From assembly GCA_036785375.1 (NCBI GenBank), contig JAWMAR010000248.1:2170001-2234000 (forward strand): a DNA stretch of 64,000 nt, in the 5' to 3' direction. The notes beneath the pieces were generated by a model. It was given only the letters and a program-made list of their open reading frames with translations, searched no databases and was not told the origin of the DNA. The translations under genes and the position numbers were made by a program. Each line of letters opens with the position of its first letter. Within the stretch, counting starts at the first letter, position 1. This DNA is from Leucoraja ocellata (taxonomy: Eukaryota). Positions 13,718 to 24,242 of the stretch are shown in pieces.

Positions 13718-14756
13718 ATGGACAGATGATATTACAGGTAAGGACCCTTGGGACGTGGAAATTGAATGAGAAACAGAGTATGCTTAACTAGAACTTGTAC
13801 CAAACTAATCCCATAATAGCTCTCTCAGTCAAGACCCACACGCATGTCCTGACCACTAATAAGGCAGTTCCATGCACTTAGGAAGCTAACTCTTCAGAGA
13901 ATGAAAATGCCAGCAACTGTCTGATGTGCTGTTACTGCTTTGTTGCTCCTGCCATTGAGTTGGAGACTGCAATCAGGGTTGTTGCTGAGTCGCCCACTTT
14001 CTCAGCACTTGCAACTGGTAAACCGGTCTGTAGCCACAGGGAACTGAGGAAGTTGGAGTTGGGTGAATTCAGAAGCTTTCTCCATAACACCACCTCCTGG
14101 ATTGAGTTTGCATTGCAACAGTTTCGCACAGCTATTTCCCTACAGACATAAAGGCATTTTTGTGGTCATTTCTAAGCAATGTTAGTTATTTTTTAATGTA
14201 GCCAAAATAATAGCATTACAAGCACAGTAATACCAACATTTAAAAGACATTTGAACAGGTACATCGATAGAGATGTTTAGAGGAATACGGCTCAAACACA
14301 GACAAATGGGCCGAATGGAGATGTGGTATGGAAGGTTGGGCTGAGGGGGCAGTTTCCATGCTGTATGACTATGACTAATGCCATATTTTTAATGATATGT
14401 GGATCCAAAAGGTTTTGATCAGAGAAAATGGTAATGTCAGGTAGAGATCAAGGGTCTTTATTGTATTCAGTTTTTGTAATTTGCCAGCAAAGTCAGCATT
14501 TCATGGCCATTCTTTTCATTAATTTCATGGCCATTCCCTGACAACATTGTATAAATTGCTTCCTTGAACCATTTCAGTTCTTCTAAAGAAGCTACACCCC
14601 AGGACTGATGGGTGAGGGAGTTCCCCGGTGACTAGGATTATGTTAGATTTCCATTTTCATGGGCATTCTGCCTATGTCCTATGGTTGGAGGTTTGAGGGC
14701 TGTTATAGATAAGTCTAGATAAGAAACAAACAAATGAATTATACAGGAATACAATC

Positions 14757-15605
14757 GATATTCCCGCAGCTCCGCTCTTGCTCTCCCTCCCCCCTTTCAT
14801 AACAAGGACAGAGTCCCCCTTGTCCTCACCTTCTACCCCATCAACCGTCGCATACAGCAAATAATCGTCTGACATTTTCGCCACCTCCAACGGGATTCCA
14901 CTACTGGCCACATCTTCCCATCTCCACCCCTTTCAGCTTTCTGCAGAGACCGTTCCCTCCGCAACTCCCTGGTCAACTCGTCCTTTCCCACCTAAACCAC
15001 CCCCTCCACAGGTACGTTCCCCTGCAACCACAGGAGATGCAACACCTGTCCCATTACCTCAACTCCGTGCAAGGACCCCGACAGTCTTTTCAGTGGAGGC
15101 AGAGGTTCATTTGCACCTCCTCCAACCTCATCTATTATATCCACTGTTCCAGGTGACAACTCCTGTATATCGGCTAGACCAGGCACGGTGATAGTTTCGC
15201 TGAAAACCTCCGCTCAGTCCACCTAAACCTACCAGATCTCCCGGTTGCTCAGCACTTTAACTCCCCCTCCAATTCCCAATCTGACCATTCTGCCCTGGGC
15301 CTCTTCCATTGGCAGAATGAGACCAAGCGCAAATTGGAGGAACAGCACATCATATTTCGCTTGGTTAGATTACACCCCAGCAGTATGAACATTGACTTCT
15401 CTACCTTGAAGTAGTCCTTGCTTTCCCTCTCTCTCGATCCCCTCCCCCTTCCCAGTTCACCTACTAGTCTTACTGTCTCCGATTACATTTTATCTCTGTA
15501 CACCCATTCGCCTGACATCAGTCTGAAGAAAGGTCTCGGCCCAAAACGTCTCTCCAGAGATGTTGCCTGTCTCGCTGATTTACTCCGGCATTTTGTGTCT
15601 ACTAA
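14757..15605 (+). mobile_element. Penelope-like element 3' part (decayed GIY-YIG endonuclease plus terminal repeat)
   Basis: Frameshifted motifs NKDRVPLVLTF.P, GTFPCN.RRCNTCP, FICTSSNLIYYIHC, LLYIG, PVAQHFN, RKLEEQH, followed by the ctgaagaaaggtctcggcccaaaacgtc terminus. Confidence 0.85.
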
Positions 15606-17369
15606 ATGAATAGCATAGATGGCACAGAACACAGCTAGTTTATGGTAGTGGTGGAGGAAATTAATATTCAGGTTGACTCAATATTTATTTAAACTCAGTT
15701 CCTTTATGAGATAAGAGTTGGTCACAACATAATGTTCAGCACAGGCACTGTGGGCAAGAAGGCCTGTTCCTGTGCTGTACTGTTGTTCTATGTGGTCCTG
15801 GATAGTGTCAAATTTCTGGTGTCGTTGGAACTATTCTCATCCAGGCCAGTGCAATATATTCCAGTGCTTGCTGCAGACAATACAGCATCTGTACTGCTTT
15901 TGAAGGTCCAGTTGAGTTCCTGATCATTGGTGATCCTGAGGGTATTGTGATGGGAGAATCAGTGATGGTAATGTCTTAATAGCCAAGTAGTTTAGATTAG
16001 TAGGTGTAGGTGTTAGAGTAGGTGTTTAGATTTAGATTTTCTAAACACAATGTTACTTGCCACTTGCCATAGATAAGCTGCGAGTTGGTGTTTACCCATT
16101 CAGTTCCGAGGCCACCATCGGAAAGAAGTGAGGAGTCATGCTTGTCCTTAGCCAGTAATATTCCATAAAACGGCATCACTGAAAGAGCAGACACTGGGAG
16201 CTGTAGATGTTGGTTTACAAAAGCATTCACAAATAGCCGCCAAAAATTTGAGAATTAAAAATGATTTTCAGGATTTGTGTGAAAAATTAATAATCTCTAA
16301 ATGTTTACAGAGAACTGAGCTAATTTATCAAGAACAACAATCTCAGGCTGCAGGTTCACAGCAGGCCACTTAGAATAGCTTTGGAAACAGACAAAGCTAT
16401 CGTTTTCATAGATAATCGTGCAACAATACCTTACCAAATAACTTAGCATTCATTTCTACTTAATTACACAGCATTTAAACATTCACTTTCTCTTCAGCCT
16501 ACAAGCAATTGGAATTTCTTGCATTTAAATTGCACACCCATGGGGACATTACTGTCGAGAGAGTATATAACTTCACATACAAGCACCTCGTTAGTTATAA
16601 TATGACTCAATGAGGAAAAAGGGTTCACCTTATTGAAACGTGATACAGGCAAATTTCTAGCAATGCAAAACCTCCGTAACGTGGGTGTAAATTATTCTCG
16701 TTATTTATTAGTTGCTGTTAATGGGTCCAAGCTAATAAAAGACATGGGAGAAATTAAATATAATTTTTGTCTTTCCATTGCTATCAATCCATGAGTAATA
16801 AAACTAACAAGGTGAAATATGTTGTAAGCGTGGAGAGATTTGAGCGGTGTTCAGAGGGAACCAGGCATCTTTACACACAAAACATTAAAAGTTAATAAGA
16901 TAAACAAGGAACTGCAAATACTAGTTTAAAAAAAAAAGACACAAAGTGATGGAGTTCATGTCTCCAGTTAGGAAAACAGTACATTGCCGTATAGTGTAAG
17001 AGGATTTGTGGACAGGAATGAGGAAGTCTTGTTTTAATTAAATACAACCTTAGTGAAATTGCAACTGCAATATTGTGTATAGGTCTCCCTCACTACATAT
17101 TGTAGGGTTTATCTACAATGGGGTGAGTGCAGTGAAGCTATACCAGATCACTTTTTGGGATGGCGTGTTTGCTCTTCTGAGCAAAGCTGACTGGGCCATT
17201 AGCTCTTTTTAGAAGAATGAGGGGTGATCTTATTGAAATATATAAGAGGTGTTGAATGGTATAAATAAAGGCACGTGCTGATAGTTGGGGAAAGAGGAGT
17301 GGAACTAACAACAGAAGATGGGATGCGATTGATAGAAGTAATCAGATGATGCGTTCTAATGAGATAGGA

Positions 17370-18130
17370 CAGTGAAACAAATAAGAAAGGTGGGGATGAG
17401 CGAAGTAGGGAATCGTGGAAGGAGTGGCTCCTGCAGAAAGATGGGGATGGCAAGATGTGACTGGCAGTGGGGATTATGTTGTAGCTGGCGTAAATGTTGA
17501 AGAATCATGTGCTGGATGCAAAGGCTGGTGGGGTGAAAGCTGAGGACCTGGGGCACTCTATCCCTGTTCTGTTTGCGGGGAGGCAGGTTGAGAACAGATG
17601 TGCCGGAAATTAAGTTGCGGGAAGCTGGACCATCAGTCACAGTGCGGGGGGAAGTTCATTTCCTGAAGGAGGAGGACAGTTCCAAGGTCCTGGAGTGGAA
17701 GATTAATCGCAGACAAATGCGATGATCCATGATCTAGAAAGAAACAAAACGAGCCTCAAGGTCTTCCTGATGGGGAATGGAAATGCATTGGGAGTGGGCA
17801 TCTGTGATGAAGATGAGTGCAGTGGGCCGAGGAATTGGAAGTTGTTGAAGAACATGCGAGATGCTCTAGATGCTGGTATGAAGGGACTGGATAAATGGGG
17901 AGACAAAATAGAGTCTTGATATGAGAAGATGAGTTCAGTGGCGTAAGAGCAGACTGCCAGGGCTGGTGTGGGAGTTGGAGTTGGAGATGAAGTGGGTGGG
18001 GAGGTGGTGTGACATGGCATGGTCAGAGGCAGGGGGGGAGCTGTGGCACCTAGCAGCATTCGGGGTCCCGTTCTGGGGAGCAGTGAGATTGGGGTGGGCA
18101 TTGGATCCAGGGAGATAACGTTTCCCTTGG
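17370..18130 (-). mobile_element. Second, older Penelope-like fragment
   Basis: The minus-strand ORF QNRDRVPQVLSFHPTSLCIQHMILQHLRQLQ is homologous to 14800-14900. Confidence 0.75.
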
Positions 18131-18349
18131 CTACTGTGTTGCACCATCTGTGTGGAGTTTGCCTGTTCTCCCGTTGACCGTGTTGATTTTCCCAGGGTTC
18201 TCCAATTTTTACCATTTCCCAAAGACCTGCGGGTTGGTAGCTTAATCGGCATCTGCAAATTGCTTCAACTCTGCTGGTGAGTGGAAGAATCTGGAGGTAA
18301 TTGACGGGAATGTAAGGAGAATAAATTACAGAGAACATGTACTGGGAAC

Positions 18350-18707
18350 AAGGACTGGGCAAGCTAGATGCAGGAAAAATGTTCCCAATGTTGGGCGAGT
18401 CCAAACCAGGGGGCACAGTCTTAGAATAAAAGGGAGACCATTTAAGACTGAGGTGAGAAAAAACTTTTTCACCCAGAGAGTTGTGAATTTGTGGAATTCT
18501 CTGCGACAGCGGGCAGTGGAGGCAAATCACTGGATGGATTTAAGAGAGAGTTAGATAGAGCTCTAGGGGCTAGTGGAATCAAGGGATATGGGGAGAAGGC
18601 AGGTACGGGTTATTGATTGGGGACGATTAGCCATGATCACAATGAATGGCAGTGCTGGCTCGAAGGGCCGAATGGCCTCCTCCTGTACCTATTTTTTATG
18701 TTTCTAT
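18350..18707 (+). mobile_element. CR1 3' fragment
   Basis: Homologous to 6500-6846 and 12421-12620. Confidence 0.9.
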
Positions 18708-19055
18708 AAATGGGATTGCTATCTGGGATGGCATAAACGCCACATAAACAAGTCAAAGACCAATTCATCTTTGGATATGAAGAGATTTGAGCACGTGTAG
18801 GTGCTGAAATGTGGCAGTCAGGTGAGAGATCACCATGATGTTACTGACTGGAACAGAAGGAGTGAGGGATGAATGGTTTGCCAGCTGAGTGTTATGCTCT
18901 GCTCTGTTGCAGTTATGCTGCCCCAGATATCTACCACAACATTTGTATTCTGCCCCATCCATAGTCACACTTTATTCTATTTACTTCTGTAAACCTTCAA
19001 CAAGTATCTTTTTGAATAGCTTTCCACGATAACGAACCTCTGCTTTCGTGAACTA

Positions 19056-19729
19056 AATAAGCGAGTTTGGTTTTCTGAAAAACGCTAGGAATCATGGGTT
19101 TTGTCAAGGTCACAAGCGATAAAAGCTCGGCAGCTGTGCTACGGCATGGACACAGACCTGGGCCTCATCCGTGTCTCCGACGCCGTAATTGCTGCCGAAC
19201 TGCCACTGGACCATCCCCGTCCCCTCCTGCGTGCCCCCAGAGCACGGTAGTGGCGCCCACAGCCATCGCAGAGAAGTAGCGCTAAATCCAGCTCAACTCT
19301 ACCGGTCTCACGGGTTAACCTACCAGCCCTGCCTGGACTGACGGGACACCAGCCCGGAGCTGTGCAGTTAGCGCTGCTTCTCCGCGCTGGCTGTAAGTCT
19401 GGTGCCGTAATTTCCGTAAGTCCAGGAAGGGCTGTAGGTTAACCCGGCGAGACAGGCAGAGTTGAGCTCGACTTAGCGCTGCTTCTCCACGCTGGCTGTG
19501 GGTCTGGGGGCGCCACTCCCGTCTGACTCCCGACGTCTCTGGTTGCCCCCGGACGGGGGGGGGGGAGAGATGGTCCAGTGGCGGTTTGGCAGCGATTGCG
19601 ACGGCGGAGACCCGGGATCGATCCTGGCTGCAAATGAGGCGCAGGTCTGTGTCCATACCGTGGCAAGGCTGCCGAGAGTGATTTTCGCTTGTGACCTAGG
19701 ACCTGAGTCGCAATACGAACTTGCTTATT
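19056..19729. mobile_element. CpG-rich non-autonomous foldback/MITE-like element with long TIRs
   Basis: 19107-19220 is the reverse complement of 19565-19697; outer aataagcgagtt / aacttgcttatt; internal about 35-bp direct repeats. Confidence 0.82.
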
Positions 19730-20249
19730 GCTTTACTGATATTGATTCCAAATTTTCAAAAGTTGGTAATTAACATGTTCACCTTTGCAATAAATGTCAT
19801 TATGTGCTCAGCTACCAAGCTAACTTGTGTCTGCTCTTGCATGCAAATAATTGCATTGGCAGGCTTCACAAAGAGCATTTAATCAGAGATTAACCTGAAA
19901 CCAGCACTTTCAGACATTCAAGTGAAGAGTTGTTAGCTCACTGATCCTTTGTGTGCAAACTTTGAGGCCCATTCTGTGACAAGAGTGGTCATATCAAGCC
20001 TGTACAAAGCTTTTATATTGCAGAATATGTTTGCACACCAACTCTTGCTAACAGTGTGGAGCAGATTAAAGAAAACAATTTTTTTTTTGATGTTATACTC
20101 TTTTTAAAAACTTGGTTGGTGTTTACTCATGGAATAAAATTTATTGTAAACATCAAGTTTCAATTAATATCAGCTTATTTCTAAAATGACTGGAGAACCC
20201 AACAAGTATGTTGTAAGTTGAAACACCTTCTCACAAATCTTCCAAAAAG

Positions 20250-20577
20250 TATATAGAATTATGAGAGGTACAGATGGGTAGATAGTCAGTCTTTTTCCCC
20301 CAAGGTGGAAATATTAAATATTAAAGCACATGGATTTAAGATGAGAATGGGAATGTTTAAAAGAGATTTATGAGACATTGCTAGGTGCCTGGAACGTGCT
20401 GCCAGAGGAAGTGGTGGAGTAGATACTATAGGAAGGATTAAGAGGCATTAGACAGACACATGAGCAGATAAAAATGGAAGGAAATAGACAATATGCAGGC
20501 AGATGTGCAGTTATATGAACAGTGTAGATATCAAGGGCTGAAGGACCTGTTTATGTGCTGTACTGTTCTATGTTCTA
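20250..20577 (+). mobile_element. Older CR1 3' fragment
   Basis: Degenerate RT C-terminus and a gggctgaaggacctgtttatgtgctgtactgttctatg tail. Confidence 0.75.
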
Positions 20578-22023
20578 GCCATGGGCCATGGCAAAGGCAA
20601 ACCTTAGATTCTTTAGGATGTACCCCAGCCCTTGGTGATGTGTATGAGCTGTGTTCATGAGTGTGCAATGTGTGTTTCATTCTTTTGTTTGCCTTGGTTA
20701 GATTAACACTTCACCTGGTATCAGTGCTACCTGTCCTCAACATTCCAGCCCTCCCGTTTCAGTCTTTCCAGGACTGGATTTGTGTTCATTTGAAGGGGTG
20801 CTGGGGGAGCTTCCCAGAAACATAAGTGTCCTCATGAGTTTAAGCAATGAGCATTATCTGCCATGGGAATCTCCAGAGCTTTAACATCAAAGAATGAAAA
20901 GTAAATTTCATCATGAAGTCTGGATTTCCAGCAGAAGGGGTGAAGTTTGGGGCTGGATTGTCTTCCCAGGGATTGGGAGACTAAAATCCTATAATTTAAC
21001 TTCAAGAATTTGAACTTGTTTAAACATCTCAGCAGCGTTTAAAGACTACTTGGAAGTGTGGTTAAAGGACAACGACCTGCAGACCAAGTGCTGGAGGATG
21101 TGATTCAGCAGTTGACTTGTGGTGCTCGGGTACTATGGGCTGAATGGCCTTCTGAAATGTAAATGTTCGGTGATTCTGTGACTAATGGCCATAATTAAAC
21201 TTAAGTAATACTCCATTAGGTTCACTGATGGCCACAAGGGAAATAAACCAAGTAGCTTTGCAGATCAGGACCATGTGTAACTGATTCCACACCAAGCATA
21301 GTGTGACAGTTCCCCTCTTAAACATCCCTCGGTTACCCCAGGGTTTATGCTTCCCTCGACACCCAGGGAGGGGCAATAAATGCCAGTTTTGCCAGCCTGT
21401 GTGTGAAACTGTTTAAATGATGCGAAAAGACAGTTGGGAAATGTAGGAAGTTGAGAAATAATAGAAACCTCCTTAGAGGCTTATGTGAAAAGCCCTCTTG
21501 CTTTTCTCTGCCCCCCCCCCCTTCCTGTCTCTCCACCATCCGCTCTGTAACCAATACTAGAGCCCACCTCCGTCCCCCAGCCCACCCCTCGTGCCAACCC
21601 TGTTCTCTACCATTCTGCCCCATTTACTCCACATACCTTCTCCCTACCTCCCCACTCTCTTGTCTGTGACTATTTCACCGTGAATAAACGGCTGTATTTG
21701 GCTGCAGTTGAAGTTTGGGTGGCTTCTGCATTCCTCATTATGTTGGAAGCGTGGCTGGAACGTGGCCAGACCTCAGGGTGAGGCTTTGCCTGAAGCAGGG
21801 GGTGTGTACTCAGCAGCCAACTGTTAACTCTGTGTGTACCGCACTGGAAATAGATGGCTGTTTTTTATCGACTGGCACTTGTTTTGCCTGCAGAACCTGT
21901 GGAGCACCTTCGCCAGAAGGACTGCAAATTGGCTCAAAGCCTTCTTCCTGAGGACTATTCTGGATCGGCAATAAACGTTGGCCACCATGCCAACAATGCT
22001 CAAATCCTGAAAAATATTGAAAT

Positions 22024-22059
22024 AAACAAGACCTGGCAAGTTTATCTCTGAGCAAGTTT
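22024..22059. promoter_or_regulatory. Candidate p63/p53-family response element (three half-sites)
   Basis: AAACAAGACC-TGGCAAGTTT (18/20 to 2x RRRCWWGYYY, no spacer) plus a perfect half-site GAGCAAGTTT at 22050-22059. Confidence 0.45.
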
Positions 22060-22879
22060 GCCAGTCCTTCTAACAAAACCATGGATTCTTCCAGCCACTT
22101 CCCTGACTTCTGTTACTTCTCCCCAGCTGCTGATGTCCTGGAGCTGGCTTCTCTGCTGAGCCACTTGCAATGAACGGTCAGTGGACAGCCCAGTAGTGGG
22201 ATGGACAAGACCAGGGCATGGGGGGATCCCACAGCCCACAGCACTCCCCGGCTGCCTGGCATGGCACCATGTGTGCTCTCAACCTTTCCATAGATTTACC
22301 AAGTTGCTGATACTGTCCCAATTATCAGTACAATGAATAAAACGCTATCAGGATACAGCCTGAATTACAAAACCAAACATTGTTTGAGGGACTTAGTGAA
22401 ATGCACAAAACTTAATCCCCTTACATGTCTTAGTTCCCTTTCCTCTCTCTCCACAACATTCCTCTTGCTTTCCAGAGATAGATTTCATAGCAGCTCCCCC
22501 CTTCTGATCAATACTGTGAAAACAAGTCACACACCTGTGGGTGTGAACTTGTGTTACGCACTGGCTGAAAGCCCCTGCTGTTCTGCTCTGCTGAAAGCAG
22601 TCAATGGAATGTACCTGTGTTGTTTGTTTGTTTTCTTAACGGGGTCTGTGAATAAGCCAAAGTCTCAACAAATAGACTCTTTCTGGTCTGTGTTTCGGTG
22701 CAGATGTCCTGCCATAACTTTGAAGGGATCCCATTGTGAGCCCTGTAGCCCACTTTCACCAGAGAACGTAAGGAGGAGCAGGAATGGAAGCAGGAGAATT
22801 CATTGTGCGTGCTCTGCCATCACTGTGACTGTAGATGGTCTTTTGCCTCAGCACCACCTTCCTGTATTAATTAGAAGGA

Positions 22880-23080
22880 CATAAAGTGCTGGAGTAACTC
22901 AGCGGGTCAGGCAGTATCTCTGGAGAACATGGATAGGTGATGTTTCAGGTCGGGATCCTTCTTCGGACTGAAGAAGAGTGCCGACCCGAAACATCACCTA
23001 TCCATGTTCTCCAGAGGTGCCGCCCAAAGAAGCACTTTGTGTCCTTTGTAAACCGGCATCTGCAGTTCCTTGTTTCTACT
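22880..23080. repeat. Penelope-terminus-derived palindrome
   Basis: ctctggagaacatggataggtgatgtttc pairs with gaaacatcacctatccatgttctccagag; the centre is ttcttcggac/tgaagaa. Confidence 0.85.
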
Positions 23081-23189
23081 TCCTATTCATGTTTCTTGAT
23101 TCCTATATTATCCAAATAGTTATGACTCTGTCTTGCCCTGACCTTGCTCACTACATCGCCTGTCTACATCCTCTGAAGCTTCTCTGCAG

Positions 23190-23830
23190 TCTCCTCGCAA
23201 ACAGTTTTGCATCACAGTGGATGTGGATGTCTTGCACTTTATTATATGATTGTGAATAGCTGGGGCCATCAGCATCAACCCCTTCAGCAGCTCCAGTCGT
23301 TTTTGGAAAGTTCAAATACACCACCCAACACAGTTGCTTTTATCTACTTTCAACTCCAAGATATCAACATATTTCACTTTCATAAATCCAATCTTGTTTA
23401 TTATTTTCCTATCGCCATTTCCTTGGTAATAAATTCTGCCATTTTCCTTATTACTGATGTTGAGCGTACTGCTCTTTTTCCTCTATATTTGCACATCACC
23501 TGCTACCTTCCAGTCGGTGGGAGCCATTCTAGGATCTGTGACAGTCTGACGGGTGGCAACCATGCCTCCACTGTTTTCATGATTGCCTTCAGATCCCACA
23601 GATGCAGGTCGTTCAGTCCTGGAGATCAGTCAGCCTTCAGGCTCATTAGTTTCTCCTCCATCATATTTGTTAGGCAATGCAAATGTCTTTGACCTAATTC
23701 ATTCCAGACCTGTTATACTTCAGTATTTCCAGGAAATCTTCTGTGCCAGGTCTGTTATGACAGGCAAAGTGTTTGTTTAATTTCTCTACCATTTCCTTAT
23801 TCCATAGCTGTTTTTTCCCCATCTGATTCT
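23190..23830 (-). mobile_element. Decayed CR1 RT fragment
   Basis: The minus strand shows remnants of the P.DWK.A.V and LTSV..K..E RT-proximal motifs, with many indels. Confidence 0.55.
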
Positions 23831-24036
23831 GAGTGGCAAAACAAGGTTGCCCTTTTCTGTTGCTTAACCCAATATTGCCTTCCTCAAGGACTTGCGAATG
23901 AGTGGGTAATTCATATTTGATCAAAAAGGTTCTTAGTGATGTATGTTTGTGAGTGAGTGAAGTATGGCTATAGCTAAAAGGGATTGTTGTTTTAACTTTA
24001 GAAATCTTTCAGGAGTTTGAATCTAGGGTCAAATTG

Positions 24037-24242
24037 NNNNNNNNNNNNNNNNNNNNNNNNNNNNNNNNNNNNNNNNNNNNNNNNNNNNNNNNNNNNNNNN
24101 NNNNNNNNNNNNNNNNNNNNNNNNNNNNNNNNNNNNNNNNNNNNNNNNNNNNNNNNNNNNNNNNNNNNNNNNNNNNNNNNNNNNNNNNNNNNNNNNNNNN
24201 NNNNNNNNNNNNNNNNNNNNNNNNNNNNNNNNNNNNNNNNNN
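24037..24242. other. Assembly gap (206 N)
   Basis: Run of n; the true length of intron 4 is therefore uncertain. Confidence 1.

Noticed and set aside
17703-18530. 275-aa minus-strand ORF
   Set aside because: A chance fusion of antisense CR1, SINE and off-frame Penelope fragments.
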